From NCBI RefSeq assembly GCF_009914755.1, contig NC_060925.1: a stretch of DNA of 64,000 nt. One strand, written 5' to 3'. Below the pieces are notes generated by a model. That model searched no databases, was not told the DNA's origin, and was given only the letters and a program-made list of their open reading frames with translations. Every line of letters starts with the position of its first letter. Positions within the stretch are counted from its first letter, which is position 1. This DNA comes from the human T2T-CHM13v2.0 reference genome, Homo sapiens. Shown here piece after piece: positions 47,952 to 62,345 of this stretch. Made by a program: the position numbers and the translations under genes.

Positions 47952-47961
47952 GGAATTTCCC
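47952..47961 (-). promoter_or_regulatory. Candidate NF-kB site in intron 1
   Basis: Minus strand GGGAAATTCC matches GGGRNWYYCC. Motif match only. Confidence 0.3.
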
Positions 47962-48879
47962 CACAATCCAGTAACTGAATAATTAGCATCCAGCCCCACA
48001 GAACTTCTCCCAGGGCCCTGCTCCAGGGCTTCCCTTCTGACTGGCTGTGCATGGCACACTGGGAATTGTTTTCTGCCCACAAGAACAAGGGTGAACTGAG
48101 TCAAGGAGTCCAAGAGATCTTGGACGCACTTCTCAGAATTCGGAGGGGCTGGGTAAGTGCAGGAGAAAATTGATGAAACCACATTGGCCCTGCAAGAGCC
48201 TGACTGCTCCTGCACGGTAGCTACCCCTAGCATTAGCGGGGAGTCACCAATGCCTCTTCCAGGCACTGAGCAAGAGGGCGGCATTACAGATGCACTTGCC
48301 GTCCAAACAGATCATCTCATTGACTAGGTGACTGCTCAGCAACAGTATCTGAAGGACACTAGGGTTACTCTGCTTGTTTGCAGTTCACGGTGCTGGACGG
48401 ATGTGTTCCCAACACTAGGTAACAACACCGCTCTCCCTCCTCCGGGAGAAAGCCGCAGCCGTCGATTCCCACCCAACAGGGCCTCAGCGCCTTCCCAGGG
48501 CAGCACCCTCACTCCTGCAACCACCAATCACCCAAGCCACAGCATGGTCCCAGACCCACCCTCGCCCCTTAGGAAATGGCTTTCCAATTGTGTTTTCACA
48601 GGAGCATGGCCACTGGGCAATGATCTTCACAGGCAGGCTTTTTTTTCCCCCTCTCAACATAAAGGCCAGCAATATTTACCACGGAGTCTTGGCCAGTGTG
48701 CACTGCCTGGTGCTGTGGGGTGGGGTGTTTAGGGCCTTTTGTTGAGCAGCTCACTGACTTTCTGGGATTTCCATGGCCCTGCTGGAGATGGCCCTCTGTC
48801 TCCCTTTTCCAAGGAAGAAAGTGACTGGGGACAAGCCACCTGCCTCTTCCACAGGGTGGGGGCGAGAGTGACAGCGAGA

Positions 48880-49400
48880 CAGCACAAGAAGGACCCGCTC
48901 TGTTTCAAAGCGAGGATGTGAGTGACTTCGTCTGTGCCGAGGTCTCTTCGTCTCCAACCTGCCGGGCACAGGGCACCCACATGACACGCTCACCCCGTCC
49001 CTGGGCCGAGGGACCCCACGTCTCGCGGGTGCCGCGGGGCAGAGAGCGCCGCCTAGTGAGGCGGCGCGAGTTGGACATAGACTGGAAAATAGACCCGGAC
49101 AGCCCGGGAGGAGGGCGGAGAGGAGTCCGACCTCCGCAGGCAGCCGCGTCCCCGCCCCGCGCTGCCTACGACTTAGGGCCCCCGGCCCATCCCCTGCCGC
49201 TGCAGGGCGCTCACCTCTGGGACGCCTCCCCGCGCCGCCTGCGCCACGGTTGGCTCCTCCCGGACGCAAAAGCGGCGCCCTCGCTCGGGCTCCTGAAAAC
49301 CTCGCGGCCCCGCCCACGGAAGGGCCCGCCCACCTGCCAGGCCACGCCCCCGTCTCGGCCACGCCGCAGCTCAGGGTTTTCTCTGAGGGCTGTGAGAGGC
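48880..49400. promoter_or_regulatory. CpG island / TATA-less TLR5 promoter with Sp1/KLF GC boxes
   Basis: Dense CpG and high GC; CCCCGCCC at 49308, CCCGCCC at ~49325, CCACGCCCC at ~49342; no TATA box seen. Confidence 0.85.
49215..49301 (-). other. TLR5: TLR5 exon 1 (5' end approximate)
   Basis: Donor CCCAGAG|gtgagc at 49214; lies in the CpG island just downstream of GC boxes. Confidence 0.8.
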
Positions 49401-51099
49401 TAGGCCCGGGGAGAGGAGGCAGAGGTTATGCTCCGGTCTCTGCAGACTTCCACAGTGTCTATCGAGATCACACATGCCAGCATTGCCCCCTCCCATCCTC
49501 TCCTCATCGTACGGAGGAGGAAACCCAGGCCGAAGACCTGAAGTGTCCAAAAGCACAGCCAGGCCAAAGAGAAGCACCATCCCATGTTCTCCCACTCCCA
49601 CTCCGGTGCTTCTTCAGGTAGGCTAAACTTCAGGCTAAAATGTGAAGATCACAGTGACACATTCCTGTCAGCAGAATCTGCTGCATATGTTTGGGAGCTG
49701 GGGTGTTTGGAAGCTCCGATTTTGTGTGGAGGACCCAAGAGAGAAGACAGACCCTTCCTGTCCTATAAGAACAGTGCTCCTCCTGCCCTAACTTCTCTTT
49801 TCCTTTTTCTAACTCCCTCTGCCTATGGGGTTTGCTGAAACTTTCAGGAAAAGGGACGTGTCAAAAGAAAGAAATGGACACCCCAGAGGCCGTGCAACCA
49901 CAGGGTTAAAAGGAGGTAGCCTTATGAGAAAGCGGTGGAGTGGCTTTCTGGGGTGAAACCCAGTTCAAGGACAGAAATAGCACTGTCTTGAGTTAAGACT
50001 GGTGGTGGGGGAAGCCTGGGGGTGGGGCGCAGACTGCAGGCGGAGGAGCTCCCTGCCACCTGCCACTTGGGGTGTAATCACAGAGCAGCTGACACTCCCC
50101 ACTCACTGCCTGGAGGAGCTTGGCGGTGGGATCGGGCAAGGCGGGAAAGATAGGTGTAAAACAAAGCCTGGCACTTAATTACAGTGCAAAGATCTCATTA
50201 TAGAGTCTTCTCAGCTCCCCTCCTCGGCTGGCAGCTTGAAGCCTGAGTGACAAATTGCCTAGGTAGGTCTCCAAGGGCTGTATGTAGAGGGATGAAACCA
50301 CCTCCCTGCCCACCCGAACCCCACTGTGGGGGCTGTGGAGAGGGAGGGGATGTTCACACTCTGGCATATGCAGGGGGCAGTGGGGAAGTCTGTAAGGGCA
50401 CCTAGAAAGCAGTAAGAGCTGGGAGCCACAGTGGCCCTAGCCTGACATAAATAACACCTTGCTGGGGCAAGCCCAGTGTTCCCTCTTTTGGTAGTGGAAC
50501 CGAGGGCAAGGTTGGGGACAGCTTGACGTGTGGCACTGTTTACTCTGCATCATAGGTGGATGCTGCAAGACCAGCAGGGGCCTGGCTTATCATGCAACTT
50601 TGTGAATATGTGGGAGAGAGGAGCCTTCCAGACGGTGTTATGGCCTCCCAGGAACTCCCAAAGCCCCCTCCCCAGGGTGGCATCTGGTTTTGGACACTGG
50701 TTTCTGTCACTGAGCTCCAGGGACTCATGTCACACCTGGAAGAACTTTTAGATTCTGTCTGCCTGGCCATGTCTTCCAACAGCCGAGATCATTGAGGAAG
50801 ATGACAACTTCTACCTGAACAGCCAGGACAGCTTAGGGTCTTCTCACATGTGGACCTTGAAATGCACTTCTGTTATTTTTCTCCAGTATATTCAGGGGAA
50901 GGGGGCTGGTGATCAAAGCTTTTGCTGAGCAGGAACAGAAGGGTTGTCACTTGCTTTTTTCTCCACTGAAACCTAGAGTAGCAAACACATCCTCGGGGTG
51001 CTATGTGATGCTCACAGGCAGAGCCCTGCCAGAGGTTCCCGTCATTCCCATATATTAAACCTTCAATGTCTTCCCTATGAACTACAAACAAAGTTTATA

Positions 51100-53200
51100 T
51101 TCTAGGTCAAAACCCCATCGTCTAGCCCCTGACAACTTCTCTAGGCTTGTCTGCTTCCAGCCCCAACCTCCCAGTCCCCAGCCTCAGCAGCTGCCTTCCA
51201 CTTGCTTAAGGTCTTCACGCATGCTATTTCTTCTACCTGGAATACTCTTTCTCCATGACTTTGCGTAGCTCACTCCTACCCACATTTTAGTGTTCCCTGT
51301 AATGTAACTTCTTCAAAGAGAACTTCCCTAACTCTTCTAATTAAATTAGGTCCCTCCCATTATTCTTCCTCTTTATAACCTATTCTTTTCCTTCACAACT
51401 CTCATTTCAATTTATGATTTTACATGGACATGTTTATTGGTTCAAGGTCAGCCTGTCCTTCATACTTAATAGATTTAATAGACTGTAAGCCTCACGAGGG
51501 TAGGGGCCATGTCTGATTTGTTCACTTCAAATCCAGTATCTGACAAGTGTCTCCCTATAAATATTTATTGATGAATGAATGAGTGAATGAATGATATCAG
51601 CAATCTTTATCTTAAAAGATAAAATTAGAACTCAATAAACTTGTAAACATAAGCAGTAGTGACTATTTCCATTAAAAAAGGTAGCAACCAAAACAAGATT
51701 CAAGGAAATACAAATACCAAGGTTTATTAGGTACTTCTTAAAACTAACCATCCATTCAACAAATGTGTATTAAGCTTCCGTAGCCCTTGTGCTTCTTGCC
51801 AGAAATACAAATCTAAATACGATCTGGCTCTCAGGAGCTTGCAGCCTGGGGGAGTAGGGTTGGACATGTAAATAAATGGTTATAGTGTAATTTGATAAAT
51901 GCTGCAATAATATAGGTATCTAACTCTGCCTGGGAGTGCCTATATCTGGGACTTGGTGAAAAAGAAAAAGATGACTTTGTCACCTGGACGGGACAGAGGG
52001 AGGGCATTCTGGGCAGGAGACGAATGAAGGAATGTGGCTCATTTGGGGAACTGCCAGTGGTTTGGTAAATGGAGCGCAGGTTGTGTGAAGGATGGAGGCG
52101 GTTGAAGAGGTAGGTAGGCAATCACCAGATCCCACGTTCATGCACATGTGTTCTGCTGAGGAGTCTGGGCTATGCTCTGCCTCCCTGTAGGGCTTGGGGA
52201 TCCACTGGATGGTGTTAAGCAATGGAGTGGCACCACACCTTCATATTTATAGACAAGAAGTTATAACCCTAATGGCAGTGTGTAAAATGAATGGAATGGG
52301 GGATGGGATGGTTAGCAGAAAGTAAGCCCAGTTAGGAGGCTACAGCAATTGTCTAAGCAACGATAATAAGAGTCTAAATTAAAGCAGTGGCATTCATTCA
52401 TCTCTGTTGATATATATTATTTGATGGTTAGTTTTTTGATGATAAATATTTGTTGATGCTTAAAATATATTTTGATGCATAATATTATACCCCATCCCAT
52501 GCTAGGTGGTAGGGTATAATATTAATAGTCAATATTTATTGAGTGCTTACCATGTGTCCTGTTCTTTTCTAAATACTATACATGCATTAACTGATTCAAC
52601 CCTCACCACAACCCTATGAATCAGTACTATTATCATCCCCCATTTTACCAATGGGGAAACTGCGGGAGAAGAGGTCATATAACTTCCACTTACTTAGATA
52701 CCTAATAATTGATGGAGTCAGGATTTGAATCAGGTAATTGGGCTGCAAAATTCATGCTGTTAAGCACCATCCCTTACTGATATTGTGGTAATGAACAAGC
52801 TGGACAAGGTCCCTGGTCTCATGGAACTTACATTCTGGCACTGGAGATGTAGAGGAGAAGACAGAGTGGGGCAAGGTTTAGATTGTAGAATCAGAAAAAC
52901 TGGATCCTTATAAGAGAAAGAGCAGTCAGGGCAAATTCACAAGACACTGGCTTTGTGATTGGTGGATAGTTGTGTCAGTCATGGAGTTAGGAAATACAAG
53001 CTAGGGGTGGTAGGGTGGCGGAAGGTGAACTTGGAGGGATGAGTTCATTTTGGGATAAACTGGTGTTGGACTGACTGTGGGATATGGAGGTGGAGCCATC
53101 GAGTGAGCAGTTGAAGTCATGTGTCCAGAGCATAGAAAAGATGTTTATATGGAGACAATGGGGGGATCAAAGATGGGGGGACAGTTGGAGACATAGGCGG
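51100..53200. mobile_element. L2 fragments with a MIR (~52530-52780)
   Basis: L2 3' end aaatatttattgatgaatgaatgag; MIR core cccccattttaccaatggggaaactg. Confidence 0.65.
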
Positions 53201-53239
53201 AAAACAATAGCTAGAAGACAGGCTTAGTCCAAGAGTTCA

Positions 53240-54460
53240 TAAAGGAAAAGATTGATAAATTCAACTGCCTTAAAATGAAGACCTTGTGTTCATCAAAAGA
53301 CATATTTAAAAGAATAAAAAGATAGGAAACAAAACCAGAGAGATGCTTGCAACACATATAACTGCCACAGCCCAAGCATCCAGATTATCTTCAGAACTCA
53401 TACAAATCAGTAAGAAAAGTCAGTAGAAAAATGGACAAAAGATACAGGCAGATACTTCATAAAAGAGGAAATATAAGATGACCAATAAATAAATGAAAAA
53501 GTACCAAACCTCATTAGAAATCTTAGAAATGCAAATTAAAGCTATAATACATCACATATTATATAAATCATATTGGCCAAAAATAAAATGTCTGATAATA
53601 AAAAGTGTTGGTGACGATATGGTGCAAACAGAATTCTCACTTGTTGCTAGTGGAAATGTGAATTGGTATAACCACTTGGTAGAAGTTTGGCACTGTCATG
53701 GAAACTTGAAGATTCACATGCCCTAAGACCTAGGAACTCCATGCCTAGGTGCATAACCTGATATGCTCATATGCCACAATATATATACGAAAATCTGTAA
53801 GGCAACATTGTTTGTTATATCCTTTGTACTAGACAGCTTCTATGATGGCTCCCTAAGATTTCTGCCTCCTGATATTCATGCCTTTCTGTAATCTTCTCTC
53901 CTTAAGTGTGAACTGGACCCAGCAACTTCTTCTAACAAATAGAGCATGACAAAATTGATGGGATATCACTTCTGAGATTAGATTACAAAAGGATGTGACT
54001 TCTGCCTTGCTCACACTCTCTCTCTGGCCCTCTTGCGTGCTTGCTCTCATGAAGCTGGCTGTCATATTGTCAGCTGCCCTATGGAAGGACCCATATGGCA
54101 AGGACTCAAGGGAAGCCTCTTGCCAACAGCTGGTGAGGAACTGAAGCCATCAGTCTAACAGCCTGTGATAAAATGGTTCTTGCCAACAACCACTTAAGCG
54201 AATTCAGCATCGAATCATCCCCAGCTCAAGCCTTAAGATGAGACCATAGCCCCAGCTAACACCTTGATTACAGTCTTGTGAGAGACCAGAGCCAGAGGAC
54301 CTAGCCAAGAGTCCATGCCTGGAGTCTCAATCTACAGAAACTGTCACGTAATACATGGTGTTTTAATCCACTGTGTTTTGGCATGATTTGTCACACAGCA
54401 AGATAACTAATACAAATCACCAAACTAGAGATCCCTCAAATGGTCATCAAAAGTAGAATG
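53240..54460 (+). mobile_element. Old L1ME fragment interrupted by an MLT1-type LTR (~53826-54413)
   Basis: L1 ORF2-end motifs; LTR ending gataactaataca. Confidence 0.7.
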
Positions 54461-54466
54461 GATAAG

Positions 54467-54610
54467 CTGGGCTGGGCTCAGTGTCCCATGCTTGAGCCCA
54501 GGAGCTCAAGATTGTAGTGTGCAATGATCACACCTAGAAATAGCCACTTCACTCCATCCTGGGCAACATAGTGAGAGCCAAAAATAAAAAATAAAAATAA
54601 TAAATAAATA
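54467..54610 (+). mobile_element. Alu monomer (FLAM/FRAM-like)
   Basis: Short Alu-like sequence with an (AAAT)n tail. Confidence 0.7.
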
Positions 54611-54712
54611 GGAGTCACTGAATGAATTTCAAGGTGGGAGTGGCCAATGGTCCCAACTGTTCTAGAGTCAAATACCAAAAGAAGTGAAGTTTCCCGACTG
54701 GATGCGACAAGT

Positions 54713-55220
54713 TGCAGGTTTGCAGACCTGATTCTGAGATGGCCCTCAAGATTCCCGTCTTTGGCACCCCTCTCCATTTTTGTGGGTGGGATCTGTGACT
54801 ATAATGGGATCACTGCTCCCTTGATTAGGTGCTGTTATATGAGACTCCATCTGAGCAGACTGTCTAGTAATTCACAGCTGGCCCCAAAGAAGCAAATGGC
54901 CTTGTTATGAACTACTTACCTCAGGTCCTAGCCGCATGGCCCCCTTCAAAGGCTAAGAGTGACTCTCACCAACCAGCAAAGACAAAATAGGATGTCATTT
55001 CTACAGCTACAAGGAACTGGTTTCTGCCCACAACCCCAAGCTCCAGAAGGAATTCAGCCCAGCAAACACCCGGATTTCAGTCTGTAAGACTCTGAGCAGA
55101 GACCCCAGCCACACTATGCCTGGATTCCTGACTCCTTGTAACTGTGAGATAATAAAAGGCTAATGTTTTATGTCAATAAATTTCTTGTATTTTGTTATGC
55201 AATAGAAGAAAATAAATATA
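54713..55220 (+). mobile_element. MLT1-type MaLR LTR
   Basis: gattcctgactcc...aactgtgagataataaa...ttgttatgcaatag...aaatata. Confidence 0.7.
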
Positions 55221-56278
55221 GCAGGTCATCAATGACCTAAGGGCAGAGTAGGTGATAGAGATCATGTGAAGTCTTTAAAATAGGATTATGACATACTTTC
55301 CCTACCCAGTTGACCTCCTGCCTGGATTTAATAAAGCCTCCTTGACTTTGTTACCTGGCACATTTGGCTCAAATCAATCTCGACTTCCACCCTGTGCTGC
55401 CGTAGCACCTCATTCATGTCATTGGCTATACTTTTCACCTTGAATCTAAATTCGATCCTGTTCACTGCCCCTGCCAGGCTGTGAGCTCCAAGAAAGCAGA
55501 GCTCTTTCCAGAGTTTTCTTTACATCCCTGGCTCTGGGTATGACACATGATGAATGCTTAATAAGTGTGGAACAAAAGAGTGACCCAAAGAAGGGCGAAG
55601 ACTCCTGGTTCTTCATCATGCCCATGGGAACCATGCTTTGGGGATGTAGGGAGTGGACATTCTCTGTGGCAGCTTCAGGCTTCTGGGGTTCTGTGGTGCC
55701 ACTGATGTGTCATGTAATTTGAAAGCCCTGGAAGAAACTATGGGTGACTCTGGTTGTCCCCTCTCCAGGGCCAGTTGGCTGCATTCCACGGAAAAGGAAC
55801 CCATAGAGAGGACAGCTAGGATGGCCTTGTCTACCGCTGGCCTCAGATCTGAGGAGTGAATGTTTCTAATAGCCTCTTGGCATGGTTATTTTGGAGCTCC
55901 TCAGGACTGTCAATTACTTGACAGCATGAAACAGTTGGAGGACTCAGGGATATGACAAAAGCAGTGTAATTCCTGTTTTATAACTGAATCTCAGAAGAAT
56001 CCTTTGGCCAATACCCTAGGTCAGGAAAGAAATAGCTACTTGGCTTTGCTCACACTCCACTTAGGTGAATTGATGTCCATTTTGTTCAGGGCTAGATTTC
56101 AACCTTCTGTTGTTGTGGAAATATCCCCTGTTGGATGTCAATTGCTTCCTTCTTCTCTTCCTTCTGCTTTCCCTTTCTCCACCCTTTTTTCTCTCCTTTT
56201 TAAAAAATTTCCTTTCTCTTTTTGCCAAAGCAAAGCTTTTCATTTCCCAGAAACTGAGCTGGCTGCTTCTTCCTGGTG

Positions 56279-56280
<2 letters not shown>

Positions 56281-56363
<83 letters not shown>

Positions 56364-56575
56364 TAGGGTCTCAAGCCATCCTCCCTCCTCACTCAGCTTC
56401 CCAAGTAGCTGGGACTGCAGGCAAGCACTACCACTCCCAGCTAATTTTTTTGATTTTTAGTAGAGACGAGGTCTCCCTATGTTGCCCAGGCTGGTCTTCA
56501 ACTCCTGAATGCAAGCAATCTCCCCGCCTCAGCTTCCCCAAATACTGGGATTACAGGCTAGGTGTGAGCCACTGT
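56281..56575 (-). mobile_element. Internally deleted Alu with T~34 and (TA)~22 tail
   Basis: agatagggtctc joins directly to aagccatcctccc, so part of the right arm is missing. Confidence 0.85.
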
Positions 56576-57998
56576 TTGTCCTTCCTGGACATTCTTGTTT
56601 CCACTCTCCCTACCCCTCCTCCTCCATAGCCCCCGTCAAGGTAGAGTGCCTTTTACTTTGTTCATGAGTGCCCAGCAGTTGAAGTGATGCAGGTCCACCC
56701 CTCTGTGAACCACGTATCTGAAATCGCAGTTACAGGCATAGCTGCAGCACTGCCAGGATGGCATTACAGGGTTGTGCATTCTTCAGATTTTCTAGCGGGC
56801 CAGGGGCTCTGGTCCCAAGGGAGGCATGTGATGGCAGAGGGTACAGGCACTTTTCTACTAGCAAAGCTTCATTGTGCTGCCTGGCAACTCCAATAATCAG
56901 AAAGTGAGTGATTCTCTTTTTCCCTTTTCCTCTGCTTATGCCATGAGCATGAATTGTTTTCTTCTCTCTCCATTTTCATCTACTGTCAAGTTGTTGCTGC
57001 ATTTGAGTCAGGGAACATGTCTCTGAAAATCATGAAGAGGACCTGGTGAGACCTATACATCACACATTTTCTATCAACCCTCATGCTCTCCCCAGGGGGT
57101 GCTTATAAGGTTAAAACATAGCTCCCTGCAGGGCAATGTCCAAGAACAAAAAAACCGTATAATTGGAGTGCAGTTATGTTCTGGTGGCGTGTTGGAGGGA
57201 GGCTCCCCTATTAGATGAGCTACCATCTGCCTCAGGAGCCTTCAGTTGCCTGGGTCTTGGGGGAAATCTGCCCATCATGATCAGAAGCCTCATGGTTTTG
57301 TGCCATCTCCTCCCTGTGGCTGTCATGAGGAGGACGGGTGGGGTGGAAATGGGCTCCATGACCTCACTTCACTCAGACTTGATGCCCTTTTAAGTAATCA
57401 AGCTTCAAAATAACCTTAGGTGGTATTGCAATTTGGGTTCCTCAGAAACCACACTGTAATAAAAAAAAGTTTTTGTTTTTAATCCACTTGACCTGGAAAC
57501 AGTTTGACCCAGTGGGTGGCCATCTCCTCAAAGCTGTCTTCTCCCTTTCTTCCTGACCTTTTTATCACAGCTCTTCAGGAGATCCAGAAATATCATTTTC
57601 TCTCTGAAATTAGCTCCCCCACCCACTTCCATGTCCTGGAGGTCCCTGTGTGCTTCCAGTCTTAAGGTGGGGCCATGTTGAGGCTGTCTTGGATGACTGC
57701 TCACTGCCCACAGTTAATAGACACAAAGGTTTATCCAGACTTTCCTTTGAGCTTTCTCTTGTAGCCAGTTCTTTATCTCTAGTTTCATCCACTGTGTCCT
57801 AGTCCAGGTCCTCATCTCTTCATTTGTTCACTTGACACCTGTTTATTGATGCCCTGCTCAATAGTGACCTGAGCTTGAGAGCCTGCTAGACCTGCATTCA
57901 AAGCCCATGCTCTTTTACTTCCTATCTGTGTGACGTTCATGAATTTTTCATTTTCTCTAAACCTCAGTTTTTGATCTGTAAAGTGGAAAGAATAATAC

Positions 57999-58766
57999 TT
58001 ATATGGTTTGGATATTTGTCTCCACCCAAATCTCATGCTGAATTGTAATCCACAAATCTGGAGGTGGGGCCTGGTGAAAGGTGTTTTTGTCACGGGAGCT
58101 GATCTGTCATGGTGTGATGCTGTCCTCATGATAGTGAGTGAGTTCTCTTGAGATCTGGTTGTTGTCAAGTGTGGCACCTCCCTCTCTACTCTCGCTCTTC
58201 CTCCTGCTTTTGCCATGTGAGGAACCTCCTCCTTCTTCACCTTCCACCATGAGTAAAAGCTCTCGGAGGCTTTCCCCAGGAGCTGAGCAGATGCTGGGGC
58301 TATGTTTGTACAGCTTGCAGAAGTGGGAGCCAATTAAACCTTTTCTCTATAAGTTACCCAGTCTCAAGTATTTCTTTGGCCTAATACAGAAAATTGGTAC
58401 TAAAGAGTGGGGCATTGCTATAAAAATACCCAAAAATGTGGAAGCCACTTTGGAATTGGGTAACAGGCAAAGATTCGAAGAATTTGGAGGGCTCAGAAGA
58501 AGAGAGATGAGGAAAAGTTTGGAACTTCTTAGAAACTAGAAACTGGTTAAATGGTTGTGACCAAAATGCTGATAGTGATAAGGACAGGGAAGTCCAGGCT
58601 GCTGAGGTCTCAGATGGAAATGAGCAACTTATCGGGAAATGGAGCAAAGGCCGGTACCATGCTTCCTGTATGGCTTGCAGAACTGTGAGCCAATTAAACT
58701 TCTTTTCTTTATAAATTACACAGCCTCAGGTATTTCTTGATAGCAATGCAAGAATGGCCTAATACA
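57999..58766 (+). mobile_element. Internally deleted MST (MaLR) provirus: LTR, short internal piece and 3' LTR fragment, inserted in a MIR
   Basis: Two CTAATACA LTR ends (~58388 and 58766); internal start homologous to 5708-5960; TSD AATAC. Confidence 0.8.
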
Positions 58767-58816
58767 AATACCTACCTTATCAGGCTGTTAACAGGATTAA
58801 AATAATGCAATAAATG

Positions 58817-59352
58817 TGTATTAGTCAGCGTTCTCCAGAGAAACAGAAACAATAGGATAAACGGAGAGATAGATAGTTATACAGATGAGAGAGAATTTAT
58901 TGGGGAACTGCCTCACATAATTATGGAGGCTGAGAAGTCCCCACAATATGCTGTCTGCAAGCTGGAGCCCCAGAGAAGCCCAAAGAGCTGAGAACCTGGG
59001 GAGGCAACAGTCTAACTCTCAGTCTCAGGCCAAAGGCCTGAGAACGTGGAGGGCTGTTGGTGCAATTCGTGGAGCCTGATGTCCAAGGGCAGGAGAAGAA
59101 AGGAGTCCCAGCTCCAGAAGAGAGAAAGCAAGAATTTGCCTTCCTCTGCCTTTTTGTTCTGTCCAGGCCCTCAATGGATTGGCTGGTGCCTGGCCACACT
59201 GGGTGAGGGCAGATCTTCCTCACTCAGCCCACTGATTCAAATGCCAATCTCCTCCAGAAACACCCCCACAGACACAGCCAGAAATAATGCTTTGCCAGCT
59301 ATCTGGGTATCCCTTAACCCAGTTAAGTTGATACCTAAAATGAACCATCACA
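58817..59352 (-). mobile_element. MLT2 (ERVL) LTR
   Basis: tgtattagtcagcgttctccagagaaacaga ... aaccatcaca. Confidence 0.85.
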
Positions 59353-60803
59353 GTATGTAAATTGCTTAGTGGGAGTCTGGCAGGTTATAGGCACTCAATA
59401 CCCTAGTTGTTGCTTATTGCTACGGGCCAGCTGCTGTGCTAGGCACCAGTTAGAATTTTAAGGAGCCTTACCTTTTATAAGGATGAGATGGATATGCACA
59501 CAGTGAGTGCTATACAGTGCTACAGTTGCAACAGGAAGTGATCCCTGGAGTCACAAAGCCCCCTGGGAAGGGTCAGGAAAAGCCTCAAGCAGGAGGTAAC
59601 TACTGTGCAGTTTTTTGAAAGACAGGAAGCTGAGTCACCTTTTCCAGACCCCGCTATAGTCAAGCCTCATCATCTCTTACCAGCAATCATGCTGACCTCC
59701 TAACTGGTCTCTGCAGAACTTCTCTTCTTCCTCTTCAACTCATTCTCCACGAGCAGTCAGAGTGACTTTTAAAGCACAATTCAGATTGTGTCATTCCATT
59801 AATAAAACCTCCCAATGGCTTCTACTTGTGCTTGGAATACAATAAGGATTCCTTTGCATGGCCTGCAAGACCATATGTGACTGGCTCCTGCTCAATTCCC
59901 ATACCCCCTTGTCCCTTCTGTTCCTCTTCCCAGCATGTGTGCCTGCAGTGCCTACTGCCTGGAATGCCTGGACAGCTCCTTCTTATCCTTCAGGCTTCAG
60001 CTAAAACCTTAATTCCCTGTGCCCCTTATCTAAAGCAAAACCTTCCTTCACCAGCCCCCCATACCTATTTTCTGGTCAGTGTGGTATTTATTCCCCTTCA
60101 CATCCTGTACCATCATCTGAAATTAGCTGTGTAGTCATTGGTTTACTTGTTTAGTGCTTATCTTCCCTACTCAATCTAAACTCTTTCTTGTTTGTTGTGC
60201 CTGGCCCATTGTTGGCCCAGGGTTGTTGTTCAATAATCATTTGTTGAATATATTAATAAGCCGTGGATATCTTGTTGTGGCTGGAAAGCTGACAAGGCTG
60301 GAAGGGCGGGACCTTTAGTATCTCAATTATTGGCTTCTCGCCTTGTTCTGGTCAACTCTGGTACCATTAGAGAAAGTTTTCTAAAACCCACTGTCTTCAT
60401 GCCACTTCACTTTGATAATGTCCCATTGCTCATTGCATCTAAAATTATTCTTCTCGATTTTATTTAAAATTATGTATTTTTTTCATTTCAAAATTGGCAT
60501 CTGGTCATTGCAAAAAGATTAGAAAATTTAGTAAAGAAAGGAAAGAAAGAAATCGCCCCTAGTTTTTCCATCTAGTTATAACCATTGCTTACATTTTTAT
60601 GAGTTTTGTTCCAGGCTATTTGCTATGAACATTTTAAATGCACTCATCATATGGCAAATATAAAATTCAATACATTTATTTTTAAGAAATAATTTTTTTC
60701 TGATTGTAAAAGTATACATTCAGCCATAGAATATTACAGAAAATGAAAATGCAAAGGAGAAAAAAATTACACAGATTCAACTGCATTCTTACATTCTGTT
60801 TGT

Positions 60804-60841
60804 ACACACACACACACACACACACATGTACACACACACAC
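60804..60841. repeat. (CA)n microsatellite
   Basis: Directly visible. Confidence 0.95.
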
Positions 60842-61039
60842 GCCCCATACTTGGCATTTCACTGTAACCCACAAAACAAATTCAACTTTACAACACATGA
60901 AGGACATCTGAATATTTTATAAAAGATCTTATTGCAAGACATGAAAGAGAATCCACATCACATCCTATCCATCAGAAACTTTTCCACATTCTCCTCACTC
61001 TTTTACCCCTAGCTCTCCTTCCTGGGCAGTGAGGTGGAG

Positions 61040-61270
61040 TGGGGAGTATAGTGATGGCTGTGAGCACAGATTCATGTTCCGGAATTTCTTGGTTTGATCA
61101 CCAAGTTCTGCTACTTACTAGCTGTCAAACTTTGGATGAGCGACTTAACTTCTCTGTGTCTCTGTTTCCTCATTTGTCAAGTGGGGATAATAATGGCACC
61201 TACCTTGCAGAATTGTTAGTACTTAAACAATGCTTAGAGCAGTGTCTGGCACATAAGGGGTATTAGCTAT
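61040..61270 (+). mobile_element. MIR
   Basis: acttaacttctctgtgtctctgtttcctcatttgtcaagtggggataataat. Confidence 0.8.
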
Positions 61271-61616
61271 AGTAATATTACTCTCCTTTTTTGCATCCCC
61301 AATTCTTTCTATGCTTTGGGGCAATTCAACTGCCACCTCATGTTGTATCCCCCAGTCAGCAAAACAAAAGCCACATGGCTGGAAAAATCACAACTACCAA
61401 TTGCACCGTCACCATTCACCCTAAGGCTCATCAAGATAAACGTCTAGCAAGAGGAAATATTTCCTGAGAGAGGATTTCTGCTGCTTGGAAAATAAGATTC
61501 ATGCTTGTCTCACTTTCTCAAGCTCCCTTTATTAACATACAGGCCTTAGTATGTGTATGTATAAATTACATAGTCAAGATCACATAACATATATTCTTTT
61601 TAAAGAATAATTAACA

Positions 61617-62013
<397 letters not shown>

Positions 62014-62029
62014 TTAAAAATCAAAAACA

Positions 62030-62345
62030 GGCCAGGCACGGTGGCTCATTCCTATAATCCCAACACCTTGGGAGGCCGAGGTGGGTGAATCACTTGAGCT
62101 CAGGAGTTTGAGAACAGCCTGGGCAACATGGCAAAACCCAATCTCTACAAAAAATACAAAAATTAGCCAGGCGTGTTCGCGCTGGCCTGTAGTCCCAGCT
62201 ACTTGAGAGACTGAGGTGGGAGGATCACCTAAATCTGGGAAGTGGAGGTTGCAGTGAGCCGAGATTATGCCGCTGCACTCCAGCCTGGCAACAGAGCAAG
62301 ACTCTGTCTCAAATAAATAAATAAATAAAAATAAAAAAACACAAA
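62030..62345 (+). mobile_element. Alu
   Basis: Full dimer with (AAAT)n tail. Confidence 0.93.

Noticed and set aside
47697-48284. 195-aa ORF
   Set aside because: Runs through a microsatellite and an Alu; no coding signature.
48751-49621. 203/161/123 aa ORFs
   Set aside because: CpG-island composition artefacts; low-complexity R/G/P/A sequence with no domain.
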